Notes under the pieces: model-generated
Databases searched by the model: none
What the model was told of the DNA's origin: nothing
The model's input: the letters and a program-made list of their open reading frames with translations, nothing else
Made by a program: the position numbers and the translations under genes
Shown here: positions 8,320 to 17,817 of the stretch, piece after piece
Numbering within the stretch: position 1 is the stretch's first letter
Layout of the letters: every line of letters starts with the position of its first letter
Assembly: GCA_934457145.1 (NCBI GenBank)
Contig: CAKSHP010000004.1
Span: 37,026-101,025 of the forward strand
Source: an uncultured Clostridia bacterium
Lineage (GTDB): Bacteria > Bacillota > Clostridia > UBA1381 > UMGS1253
Reading direction: 5' to 3'
DNA: 64,000 bases

Positions 8320-9387
8320 ATGAAAAGAGTTTCGCTGTCATCGGGATTTTGCTTTGTGGCTGTCAGCATCGGTATCGGAAGCTTTTTTGCCGCCCATGTA
8401 TGCGCTAAATATATGCAAACAAGCTTTTGGGCAGGAGTTGTTTTGGCGGGTGTTTTATGTATTGCTGTTTTGGCGGTTATAAAAAAGTACGAAAACTCTG
8501 CCGGCTCTGGCGGAATTTGCGCCGTATTAAAAAACAAAGCCGCACTGAGTCTCACAAAAGCTTTAATAAGCTTATTCTTTTTTGTGCTCAGCGTTATTTT
8601 GTGTGCACACTTTTCGTATATAATAAAAACATGGGTATTGTCAGATGTAAATATATATTTTATAAGCGCGGGGCTGTGCTTTGCAATGTTTTTATCGCTT
8701 TTTAAGGGCAGCGGCAGTCTTTTTAAAACGGTTGCAATGCTGTGTGTGTTTGCGGCGGCGCTGATAATAGTATTAAGAATTGTTATAATATTTAAATCCG
8801 ATACAGACAAGCTTTTTCCTCTTCTTGAACAACAGCGGCTGGGCGTTGGCTTTTTAAAAACAACGTTTGTAATGTTTGGAATATTTTGCTCGGCGGCTCT
8901 TTGTGTGTATGTTTTTGATAAAAAGATAAATCCTTCGGTTTGGAGCGTCGGAATAACTGTCGGAGTTTTGATGTTTTTGCTTATAACAGCATCGTGTATT
9001 GTTCTTTTGGGAGCGGAGCAGACCGCGCTTTCGTATGACGCTATGGTGCTTGCGATGAAAAGAAGTCAGGTGTTTGGCAGGGGCGATATTTTGTTTTTCG
9101 GTGTGTGGGCATTTTTTATGATAAGTGCTTTTTGCATGGTGTCAAATGCGGCGCTGGCTGTTATTAAAAATAATGACACAGAAGAAAAAATGCCGTTTGC
9201 GGCAAATTTTATAGATGCGCTTTTAGTGTTTTTATTATCTTCATTTATATCAGATAAAATTAATATAAACAAAATCCTTATTGCGGTTTTGTTTGCCGGC
9301 GGCGCGGGAGTGCTTTGCTTTGTCGCACTGCAATGCTTTATATGTTCTTTAAAACAAGGAAAACCGGAGGAAAAACATGAAGCCTAA
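8320..9387 (+). CDS. Spore germinant receptor subunit B (GerAB/GerKB-type integral membrane protein)
   Basis: About 355 aa and polytopic (around 10 hydrophobic segments). It is the first gene of a B-C-A cluster. The ATG at 8320 follows GGAAAGGGG, and the ORF-track TTG at 8296 is probably too early. Confidence 0.6.
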   Translation: MKRVSLSSGFCFVAVSIGIGSFFAAHVCAKYMQTSFWAGVVLAGVLCIAVLAVIKKYENSAGSGGICAVLKNKAALSLTKALISLFFFVLSVILCAHFSYIIKTWVLSDVNIYFISAGLCFAMFLSLFKGSGSLFKTVAMLCVFAAALIIVLRIVIIFKSDTDKLFPLLEQQRLGVGFLKTTFVMFGIFCSAALCVYVFDKKINPSVWSVGITVGVLMFLLITASCIVLLGAEQTALSYDAMVLAMKRSQVFGRGDILFFGVWAFFMISAFCMVSNAALAVIKNNDTEEKMPFAANFIDALLVFLLSSFISDKININKILIAVLFAGGAGVLCFVALQCFICSLKQGKPEEKHEA

Positions 9388-10399
9388 GATTTTATTTTCC
9401 GCACTTGTGTGCCTGGCTGTGCCGTTTCTTTGCGGATGCAGCACGTCGCAGCTTGAAAACACGGATATTTTAACAACATACTATGCCGATAAAAACAGCG
9501 ATACCATAACGCTCGGCGGTGGTGTCGCAAATGTGCGCACTTTATCCGACTCCATGGCAGATAATCCGGTAAGCCTTATCCATGCCGAAGGTTCTTCTTT
9601 GTCAAAAGCGGAAGACCGCCTTATCAAAAGCGCCGACCACCCTTTGTTTTTCGGAGGAATAAGAGCGCTTATAATCGGCGACGGCTTTGCCGAAGAGGGC
9701 ATAGGCGAGCTTATCGAAAGCATTAAAGATGATTACAAGCTAAGAAGCGAAAGCATGTTTTTTATAACAAATTCCGAACCCGAAAAAATTGTTATCCATA
9801 AAGCAATAAACGATTTCACGGGCGGGTTTGGTGCAGAAAGCCTGCTTGATGCTCTTAATGAGGAAGGTAAAATTTTTTGTTCAACGATTGCGGATGTTTT
9901 TGAAATGATGAGCGTTAAAAAGGTCGGACTTGCGGCGGCGAGCGTGGATGTTAAAAATGAAATTTTAAGCTTTGACGGCTACGGTATATTTGACGGAGAA
10001 AAAATGATCGAAACAACAAGCGGCGATGTGTCAAACGGAATTAATATGTTTTTAAACAATAAATGTAAATTTGATTTTTATATAGACGAAAAAAAATATA
10101 CAGCCGAAAAGATAAAACAGAAAAAAGAGGCATTTTTAAACGGTGATAATTTGTTTTTTGATATTGGCTTTGAATTTGAGCTTGAAAATAAAACAAATGA
10201 TGAAAAAGTAAAAAAACAAATTAAAGAAGAGCTTATAAAATATGCAAACGCATCATATGACGAAGCACGCCTGCTCGGCTGTGACTTTCTTAACTTATAC
10301 AGAATTTATCAAAAAAAATACAGATACGAATTTGAAAACGCCGATTATAAAAGCCAGTTGCAAAACTCAAGTGCAAATATATATGTAAGCTTAAAATAA
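9377..10399 (+). CDS. Spore germinant receptor subunit C (Ger(x)C-family lipoprotein)
   Basis: 340 aa. Signal peptide with the lipobox PFLCG-C. It overlaps the B gene by 11 nt, has RBS GGAGG, and sits between the B and A subunits. Confidence 0.7.
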   Translation: MKPKILFSALVCLAVPFLCGCSTSQLENTDILTTYYADKNSDTITLGGGVANVRTLSDSMADNPVSLIHAEGSSLSKAEDRLIKSADHPLFFGGIRALIIGDGFAEEGIGELIESIKDDYKLRSESMFFITNSEPEKIVIHKAINDFTGGFGAESLLDALNEEGKIFCSTIADVFEMMSVKKVGLAAASVDVKNEILSFDGYGIFDGEKMIETTSGDVSNGINMFLNNKCKFDFYIDEKKYTAEKIKQKKEAFLNGDNLFFDIGFEFELENKTNDEKVKKQIKEELIKYANASYDEARLLGCDFLNLYRIYQKKYRYEFENADYKSQLQNSSANIYVSLK

Positions 10400-10420
10400 A
10401 ACGGCTCGGAGGTTGAAATT

Positions 10421-11854
10421 TTGAACAACGTCAGGAAAACGGCAAAAGAAATGGCAGAAAAATACAATATGGTGGCACGCGAAATCGAAAACAATTCAAA
10501 CTATGCGTGCGTTTTATATGTAAAACAGCTAAACAATACAGAAATGCTCACAAGAAGCGTTATATCTCCGGTTATGAAGTATTTTGCGGAGGGCAAAAAG
10601 GACTTAACCGATGCAAAGAAAATCGCAAATTCCGTGATATGCAGCGAAGAAATAAAAATTCTTGAAAACGAAAGCGACTTAAAAGACGAAGTTTTAAACG
10701 GTATGTGCGCGCTTTTAACTCAGGAAGCGCCGCCGATAATAATAAATCTGAAAAAAGTTGAAAAAACATCGCCCTCGCAGGCAGATATAAACTACTCTAT
10801 CCGCGGCGCCAAAGATTCGTTTACCGAAAATTTAGACACAAACGTTTCTCTTATACGCTACAGAATAAAAGACGAAAGCTTAAAGCTCGACACCGTAAAA
10901 ATCGGCAGACGAACAAAAACAACAGTGCTTATAGGTTATATAGAAAATATCGCAAACACAAAATATGTAAAAACAATTAAAGAACGCCTAAAAAAAATAG
11001 ATATCGACGGGATAAACGAGGCGGGAAAGCTTTTGTGGTTTTTAAACGATAAGCCGTATTCGTTTTTTCCGCAGGCGGGAATGGAGCAGCGTTCTGATAA
11101 TGCATGCACAGCCATGCTCGACGGTAAAGTGGTTGTTATTTGCGAGGGGAGCGGAATTGCCCTTATTTTGCCGAAGGTTTTTTCAGAGTTTATTTTCGGC
11201 GGCGACGAAGAAAGCGAAAATATTTATTTTTCGCTTTTTTCAAGAATTGTGCGCATTGGCGCAATTTTGATTTCGCTTTTTATAACTCCGTTTTATATGG
11301 CGGCAATGCTGCATCACGGCGAAGCGCTTCAAACTGCCTATGCAATGGTGCTTGCGTCGGGCAGGGCAGGAGTGATGTTTGATGTTGTGGCAGAGGCGTT
11401 TTTAATGGAAATGTTTGTTGAAATACTGCGCGAAGCATTAATCCGCGCACCGAAAAGCATAGGTTCTTCAATAGGTATAGTGGGCGGTATCGTTGTTGGC
11501 TCTGCAATAGTTGATGCAAAAATCTTTTCGCCGATGATTTTAATTATTGTTTCAATGTCGCTTTTAAGTTCGTTTGTTATGCCGGATATTTCAATTTCAA
11601 ATGCATTTCGGATAATAAAATTTTTGTTTATGCTCTGCGCGTGGGCATTCGGAATTGTGGGGCTTGTGTGCGGTGCGTTTATAATGGTTTTGTCAATAGT
11701 TTCCGACACAAGCATCAAAACGCCGTATATGGCGCCGTTTGCGCCGTTTGAGTTAAACGACAGCTTAAGTACGCTTTATTCAAATAAAAGGCTTGCAATT
11801 TTAAGACCGAAATATCTGCACACAAAAGCGAAAATCAAACGCCGTCCTTTATAA
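10421..11854 (+). CDS. Spore germinant receptor subunit A (GerA/GerKA family)
   Basis: 477 aa. A soluble N-terminal domain (VSLIRYRIKD region) is followed by a C-terminal ~5-TM block. TTG start after GGAGGT. Confidence 0.8.
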   Translation: MNNVRKTAKEMAEKYNMVAREIENNSNYACVLYVKQLNNTEMLTRSVISPVMKYFAEGKKDLTDAKKIANSVICSEEIKILENESDLKDEVLNGMCALLTQEAPPIIINLKKVEKTSPSQADINYSIRGAKDSFTENLDTNVSLIRYRIKDESLKLDTVKIGRRTKTTVLIGYIENIANTKYVKTIKERLKKIDIDGINEAGKLLWFLNDKPYSFFPQAGMEQRSDNACTAMLDGKVVVICEGSGIALILPKVFSEFIFGGDEESENIYFSLFSRIVRIGAILISLFITPFYMAAMLHHGEALQTAYAMVLASGRAGVMFDVVAEAFLMEMFVEILREALIRAPKSIGSSIGIVGGIVVGSAIVDAKIFSPMILIIVSMSLLSSFVMPDISISNAFRIIKFLFMLCAWAFGIVGLVCGAFIMVLSIVSDTSIKTPYMAPFAPFELNDSLSTLYSNKRLAILRPKYLHTKAKIKRRPL

Positions 11855-11873
11855 AACATTTAGCTTTTGTACT

Positions 11874-11909
11874 AAAAAAATCCGCCTCAAAATTTTGAGA
11901 CGGATTTTT
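11874..11909. terminator. Bidirectional terminator (ger operon / uppP)
   Basis: AAAAAAATCCGCCTCAAAATTTTGAGACGGATTTTT. Confidence 0.8.
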
Positions 11910-11915
11910 AATGAA

Positions 11916-12749
11916 TTATACGATGTATTTAAATATCCAGTATAAAATAACTATCAAACCTAAAATTATTCTGTACACGCCGAATGCCGAAAAGCTGTGT
12001 TTTTTAATATATCCGACAAGGAATTTAATTGCAATAACCGACATTACAAATGCGCTTACAAGTCCGAAAACAAGTATGTAAATCTCAGATGCGGAAAACA
12101 TAAATCCAAACTTAAACAGTTTTAACAGGCTTGCGCCGAACATAACCGGAATTGCCAGAAAGAACGTAAACTCCGCCGCCAGTGTGCGCGACATTCCGAT
12201 TAAAATTCCGCCGAGAATTGTTGCGCCCGAGCGCGATGTACCGGGAATGAGCGCTGCAAGAAGCTGAAAAATTCCTATTATAAAAGCCGTTTTGTATGTA
12301 ATTTTGTTCATATTGTTAATTTTGGGAATTTTATTTTTATTTTTTTTCTCGATTAAAATAAATAAAACACCATAAACTATAAGAGCAATTGCAACGGTCT
12401 GAAAATTGTAAAAATATTCATCAATCTGATCGTTAAACAAAAGACCTATAACCGCCGCCGGTATGCAGGCAAAAATAATTTTAAGCCACATTGAAAAAAT
12501 ATCTTTGTCAAACACAATTTTTTTGTCTTTGATTTGAAAAGGTATGAGCTTTTTAAAATATAAAACAACAACGGCAAGTATCGCGCCGAATTGAATAACA
12601 ACCAAAAACATTTCCATGAAAGCATCGGAAACATTCATTTTTAAAAATTCGTTTACCAGTATCATATGCCCTGTGCTGCTTATCGGAAGCCATTCGGTTA
12701 TGCCCTCGACAATACCTAAAATAATGGATTTGATAATCTCTGTAATCAA
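11916..12749 (-). CDS. uppP: Undecaprenyl-diphosphate phosphatase
   Basis: 277 aa polytopic protein with the BacA/UppP signatures EWLPISSTGH and PGTSRSGATI. TTG start after AAGGAGG. Confidence 0.93.
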   Translation of the reverse strand: MITEIIKSIILGIVEGITEWLPISSTGHMILVNEFLKMNVSDAFMEMFLVVIQFGAILAVVVLYFKKLIPFQIKDKKIVFDKDIFSMWLKIIFACIPAAVIGLLFNDQIDEYFYNFQTVAIALIVYGVLFILIEKKNKNKIPKINNMNKITYKTAFIIGIFQLLAALIPGTSRSGATILGGILIGMSRTLAAEFTFFLAIPVMFGASLLKLFKFGFMFSASEIYILVFGLVSAFVMSVIAIKFLVGYIKKHSFSAFGVYRIILGLIVILYWIFKYIV

Positions 12750-12887
12750 TTAAAAAACCTCCTTAAAAATCATTAAACACACAACCTACATTATACTATT
12801 ATCTATATGTAAATGTCAATGATTTATATTCAAAATATATTGTTAAAAAATAAAAGGCGTACATAAAAAGCAAAGGTGTGAATAACT

Positions 12888-14147
12888 ATGGAAAAAATAA
12901 TAGTAAAAAAATCCGATCCGCTGTGCGGCAGCGTTAAAATAAACGGTGCAAAAAATGCCGCACTTCCGATAATTGCAGCAACGCTTTTGTGCAGGGAAAA
13001 GTGTGTTATTAAAAATGTTGCTCCGTTATCTGATATTAATGTTATGAAAAAGCTGCTTGAACATATGGGAGCCGAGGTAAATTATGAAAACAACGTTTTT
13101 ACGGTTGACGCAAAAAAAATAAAAAACTGCGAGGCGCCCTATGAGCTTGTTTCAAAAATGCGCGCGTCGTTTCTGGTTATGGGTCCTCTTTTGGCAAGGT
13201 GCGGCAAAGTCACGATAAGTATGCCGGGAGGGTGTCCGATAGGGGTGCGCCCGGTGGACTTGCATTTAAAAGGATTTAAAATTTTGGGCGCACAGATAAA
13301 ACATTCTCACGGGTTTATCTGCGCTTCGGCAAAACAGCTTACGGGCGGAAAAATCTATCTTGATTTTCCGAGCGTCGGAGCAACGGAAAATATAATAATG
13401 GCGTCTGTTCTTGCAAAGGGAACAACGGTTATCGAAAACTGCGCCTGTGAACCTGAAATTATTGATTTGATAGGCTTTTTAAACAAAATGGGTGCAAATA
13501 TAACCTATGACAAAGCAAAATGCATCAAAATCAAAGGTGTTGAAACTTTAAACGGCTGTGAGTACAGCGTTATTCCCGACAGAATAGAGGCAGGAACCTT
13601 TATGATTGCTGCCGCGCTCACTCACGGCGACGTTACGGTTGAGGGAGTGTGCAGCGAGCATTTAAAGCCCGTTTTGGCAAAACTTCGGGAAATGGGGGCG
13701 GTCGTTGAAGAAAAGAAAAACTGTGTGCGTGTAAAAGCCGATGGAAAGCTTAAGGCAACCGACGTAAAAACTCTGCCGTTTCCGGGGTTTCCGACGGATA
13801 TGCAGGCGCAGATGGCTGTGCTTTTGGCAAACACGCTCGGAACATCGGTTGTTGTTGAAACGGTGTTTGAAAACAGATTTTTATATGTTTCAGAACTTAA
13901 CCGCATGGGCGCAAATATAAAAATAGACGGAAGAAGCGCAATTGTTGAAGGAGTGTCACATATGACGGGAGCAAAAGTAAATGCAACAGATTTGCGTGCG
14001 GGAGCGGCGCTTGTTTTGGCAGGGCTTGTAGCAAAGGGCGATACAGAAATAGGCGAAATTGAATATATCGACCGCGGCTATTGCGGTTTGATTGAAAAAC
14101 TGCAAAGTCTTGGTGCAGATATAAGCAAAATAACAACAAAAGAATAA
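12888..14147 (+). CDS. murA: UDP-N-acetylglucosamine 1-carboxyvinyltransferase
   Basis: 419 aa with GAKNAALPI and the active-site loop MPGGCPIGVRPVDLH. Confidence 0.95.
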   Translation: MEKIIVKKSDPLCGSVKINGAKNAALPIIAATLLCREKCVIKNVAPLSDINVMKKLLEHMGAEVNYENNVFTVDAKKIKNCEAPYELVSKMRASFLVMGPLLARCGKVTISMPGGCPIGVRPVDLHLKGFKILGAQIKHSHGFICASAKQLTGGKIYLDFPSVGATENIIMASVLAKGTTVIENCACEPEIIDLIGFLNKMGANITYDKAKCIKIKGVETLNGCEYSVIPDRIEAGTFMIAAALTHGDVTVEGVCSEHLKPVLAKLREMGAVVEEKKNCVRVKADGKLKATDVKTLPFPGFPTDMQAQMAVLLANTLGTSVVVETVFENRFLYVSELNRMGANIKIDGRSAIVEGVSHMTGAKVNATDLRAGAALVLAGLVAKGDTEIGEIEYIDRGYCGLIEKLQSLGADISKITTKE

Positions 14148-14175
14148 AAATAAATAAGTTTTTGCAAAAATATTG

Positions 14176-14204
14176 TTGACTTATAAAACCATCGGTGCTA
14201 TAAT
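14176..14204 (+). promoter_or_regulatory. sigma-A promoter (TTGACT-17-TATAAT)
   Basis: TTGACT at 14176-14181 and TATAAT at 14199-14204, ahead of the 1176-aa ORF. Confidence 0.6.
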
Positions 14205-14231
14205 AAAAATATAAGAATTCTATTTGGAGGT

Positions 14232-17200
14232 ATGAAAATGAAAAAGAAAATTCAAAAAGTGCTGACGGCTTTCGTGGCAATGTGCGTGCTTGTAACGAGC
14301 GTCGGCATAAGCGCCGTTTTTGCAAAAACGGATGAGTACACTGTTTTGGACGTTTCAAAAAAAACGTCTGTAACGCAGGCGTTTGAGAAATTCAGCGCAA
14401 ACACGAAAACCGTTAAAGAAGGCAGCAAGTACAGCGCAATGTGGAAAACGAGCGACATCGCTGTTGCAACGCTTCCTCTGCCTAAGGATATAACTCCTTA
14501 CACAGAGCTTAAATTCAGCGTTTATTCGGAAATCGACTGCACGCTTCATATCAGAATAAACAGCGAAGACCAAACTTCTGAGGGAACTGATTATTACGGC
14601 AAAATGTATAATTTAAAAAAGGGCTGGCAGGACTTGTCGATTAATATCGGTTCGGATCTTAAGAAAAACAGAACTCCGAGAGGCTATAACGATGTTGACA
14701 ATTTGACTTTTTCGGCCCAGGGCTGGGGACAGACAAATGACTATTCAAAAATGACTCTTTATTTTGACAGCATTTTTCTTGTAAACAATCCGTCATACCA
14801 GAAGCTCACAGCTGAGGAGCCGGCAGCTGGCGAAACAATTGAAAAGAACATCGGAGATAAAGTTTTTGTAAACCGCACGTTTGATGAAGAAGGCATGCAG
14901 CCGCTCGACGGGCTTAGCGACGTTTTAAAAACAGGCAACACGGTCACAGCTGCCGAAAAGGACGGCAATAAATATCTGCTTTTTAATGCCGGCGGCAGCG
15001 AGAATTTTTACATAGAGCAAACCTTTAAATCAACGTCAACCGCTTTTGTGGTTGAAATGGATATCGCAACCGACACAGGTATGGAGGCAAGTGTTCAGTA
15101 TAAGGACAAAGCAAGAAAAACAGGTGAATTGATTACAATTTACGGCTATGATATCAGAATAAACAAACAGCCGGTTGCAACATTGAAAAAAGGAAAATGG
15201 ACAAATGTCAAAATTGTATTTGATATTTTAAAAAGAACGGAAACTGTTTATATAGATGACAAGCCTGTAAAAGAAAATGAAAGCTACAGCTCCGACTCCA
15301 AACTCGGCTTGCCGATACTCATGAGATTTTTTATGGGAGTTAACAGCAAGGGAGTAAATGCTATGCTTGATAACTTTAAAGTTTATGAGGGCGATAAGGT
15401 AAGAGATATCGGCGAAACACAGGCAGTCGCGGAAGAAAAGGCAGTTGTCGGCGAAGATGTTGAAATGAAGTGGCCGTCTGTTAAAGATATCGGCGGCGGT
15501 GCGGCCTTAATGCTTAATTTGCCTGATGCATATGCAAAAGGAAAACTTACAAAAATTGACGAACAAAACGACGCCGTTGTGCCGGTTGTAAAAAATGACC
15601 GCACTTTGGTACCTGTGCGTTTTATAGCAGAAAGCTTTGATGCTGATGTTTCATGGAATCAGGCAGAAAGCAAAGCAACCGTTGTTATGGGCGGCAAAAA
15701 AATAGAAATGGTTCTGGGCAAAAGCGAAATTGTTATAGACGGTGTATCGCAGATGTTGGATGTTGCGCCGGAAGTTATAAACGACAGAACGTTTTTACCG
15801 CTAAGAGCCCTGGTTGAAGCAATAGGCAAAAATGTTTTGTGGGATTCGAGAGGGCTTATCGTTATAACAGAGCCTGATATTGTGCTTGACAGCGAAAAAG
15901 ATGTTAAGCTTTCAACAATGCTTATAGGATACCTTAAAACGAAAAAGGAAGTGTCAAACTATAACTTAGATCCTGTGTTTACTCAGGAAATTATAGATTT
16001 GGCATGCAAAGCCGAACCCGGATACTTTACAGCGGCAAACGGCAACGCAAGAACAGGCGAGTACGGCGCAAATGCGCTTTACTATCTCTCTTTAATAACA
16101 AGATTTGATCCGTCTGCAAAGTCAAGCAGCGGACAATCGGTAAAAGATGCTGCGCTTATTCAGTTAAGAAGTCTTATAAAGGGCGGAAACGAACCCTTTG
16201 CCTGCACGGGCTGCTACTGGAGCCATGCTGTTGTTGCTTCGTCATTTGTGCTTATTAAAAACACTCCCGAGCTTTACAACGAGCTTACAGACGAAGAAAA
16301 AGCAAGAATGGATACGCTCATGGGCGCTCTTGCAATTGCGGGAAACTGGGGATATAACGATTTAAACAATTACAAAACAGGACCTGACCTTTTAGGCAAC
16401 TTCGGTAAAAGCTATAACCCGAACTACAGAAACACTTATCTTTCGGCAGTGCTTTCGGCATCAATGTATTTCGGAGCAGACGAGCTTGACAAAATTTTCA
16501 CCGGTTTTGATTATGATGAATATATGAAAAAGCTTGAAACCTATGGCTATACAAACATTATCAACCGCTGGAAAAACGCCGGAAAAGAGTTAATGGAAAA
16601 CGGCGGTGCATGCAAGCTTGTCGGCGGTGTGGATGATCGTTTTCAGTCCGGGCAGGACGGAGGATCCGGCGCAGGCGTTAAGATAGCGTTTAAATATAAC
16701 GGCATGGGCGCAGGCGACTGGGTAGGCCTTTTTGAAAATCTTGTTGATTTTACTTACTCATACAAAGTAATAAATTCGTTCGGAGTTGAAGGCGAAAAGG
16801 ATTATGCCTATATTATCTCCGGCGCAAAATCGCCGTATACCGGGCAAATGGGCATGATGAAAGAGTTTGCCGGAAGCGATGCAAACGGCAAGAGAAGCCG
16901 TCCGTCATATTGCTACGACAGCTTTATGATACTTGCAACCGTTACGGCTAATATGAAAATGTTCGGCGGTTGGGATTCTTCAACCGAAAAGATGAGATTT
17001 TTAGACAACCGTATGTATGTCGGCAATGAGGACTTTATCTTTAAAATTTCCGAAGGATATATGGGACATTCGAGAGGTTCAAGCTCTGCTGAATATGAAT
17101 ACACAACCGAGCCTAGAGGCTACAGATTTACCAAAGACATTTGGAGAAATTTCGACATGATGGGAAATGAAAAGGTAACTATTAAAACAATGTCTGATTT

Positions 17201-17762
17201 AAAGGGACTTGATCCTGTTGAGCCGGCAGAACCGAAAGACAATATAACCGAACCGCCCGCCGGAGCATATGTGTCAAAAACATACACAGACAATGCACCG
17301 ACTGACAGCTTCTATGCTCTTGATAATGGATATAAAAAAGCTGAAATGGAGTTTGATGTTGTTTTAGGCGATAATGTTTCAGACAGCGCATATAACTGCG
17401 TAATAGCTTTTGACAAAGCAAAGGAAGGCGCAAAATGGGCAGACTTTAACATGGCTGTTCAGTTTAAAGACGGCACAATAAACGTTATGAACAAAGATAA
17501 ATACCAGGAAGGAAAAATGAGAACTGCTTCAAACTACAGATATCATTTCAAAGTTTTATTCGATACTGAAAAGCAGACCTACAGCGTGTGGGCAGCGCAG
17601 ACTTATCCTGATAATAAAACAGACAGCGTATGCCTTGCGGAGAATGCTTCGTTCAGAGTTTCTGCCGGAGGAATAGACGCAGTAAGCAGCATTTGCGTTT
17701 TACAAAACAATGGTTCTTCTTCGGGACTTTGGGTTGAAAATTTAAAGGTAACGCAAAAATAA
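14232..17762 (+). CDS. Large secreted multidomain protein: beta-sandwich module, LamG-like module, copper-amine-oxidase-N-like stalk, and a ~600-aa C-terminal region of unknown family
   Basis: 1176 aa with a signal peptide (VGISAVFA/KT). The stalk repeats are DRTLVPVRFIAESFDADVSW and DRTFLPLRALVEAIG. The first ~550 aa are collinear with the 34210-38418 protein (for example LDNFKVYEGDKVRDI vs LDNYKIYEGNTLRDI). The second ATG, at 14238, is better spaced from GGAGGT. Confidence 0.6.
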   Translation: MKMKKKIQKVLTAFVAMCVLVTSVGISAVFAKTDEYTVLDVSKKTSVTQAFEKFSANTKTVKEGSKYSAMWKTSDIAVATLPLPKDITPYTELKFSVYSEIDCTLHIRINSEDQTSEGTDYYGKMYNLKKGWQDLSINIGSDLKKNRTPRGYNDVDNLTFSAQGWGQTNDYSKMTLYFDSIFLVNNPSYQKLTAEEPAAGETIEKNIGDKVFVNRTFDEEGMQPLDGLSDVLKTGNTVTAAEKDGNKYLLFNAGGSENFYIEQTFKSTSTAFVVEMDIATDTGMEASVQYKDKARKTGELITIYGYDIRINKQPVATLKKGKWTNVKIVFDILKRTETVYIDDKPVKENESYSSDSKLGLPILMRFFMGVNSKGVNAMLDNFKVYEGDKVRDIGETQAVAEEKAVVGEDVEMKWPSVKDIGGGAALMLNLPDAYAKGKLTKIDEQNDAVVPVVKNDRTLVPVRFIAESFDADVSWNQAESKATVVMGGKKIEMVLGKSEIVIDGVSQMLDVAPEVINDRTFLPLRALVEAIGKNVLWDSRGLIVITEPDIVLDSEKDVKLSTMLIGYLKTKKEVSNYNLDPVFTQEIIDLACKAEPGYFTAANGNARTGEYGANALYYLSLITRFDPSAKSSSGQSVKDAALIQLRSLIKGGNEPFACTGCYWSHAVVASSFVLIKNTPELYNELTDEEKARMDTLMGALAIAGNWGYNDLNNYKTGPDLLGNFGKSYNPNYRNTYLSAVLSASMYFGADELDKIFTGFDYDEYMKKLETYGYTNIINRWKNAGKELMENGGACKLVGGVDDRFQSGQDGGSGAGVKIAFKYNGMGAGDWVGLFENLVDFTYSYKVINSFGVEGEKDYAYIISGAKSPYTGQMGMMKEFAGSDANGKRSRPSYCYDSFMILATVTANMKMFGGWDSSTEKMRFLDNRMYVGNEDFIFKISEGYMGHSRGSSSAEYEYTTEPRGYRFTKDIWRNFDMMGNEKVTIKTMSDLKGLDPVEPAEPKDNITEPPAGAYVSKTYTDNAPTDSFYALDNGYKKAEMEFDVVLGDNVSDSAYNCVIAFDKAKEGAKWADFNMAVQFKDGTINVMNKDKYQEGKMRTASNYRYHFKVLFDTEKQTYSVWAAQTYPDNKTDSVCLAENASFRVSAGGIDAVSSICVLQNNGSSSGLWVENLKVTQK

Positions 17763-17780
17763 ATAAAAAAATAAGCAATA

Positions 17781-17817
17781 AAAAATCCGCCGATTTTTTA
17801 ATCGGCGGATTTTTTTA
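17781..17817. terminator. Bidirectional terminator
   Basis: AAAAATCCGCCGATTTTTTAATCGGCGGATTTTTTT. It overlaps the stop codon of the minus-strand ACT gene. Confidence 0.85.

Noticed and set aside
8262-8810. A 182-aa minus-strand ORF overlapping the start of the germinant receptor B gene.
   Set aside because: It is antisense to a gene that is translationally coupled to gerXC/gerXA. It has no RBS and begins inside the neighbouring coding region.
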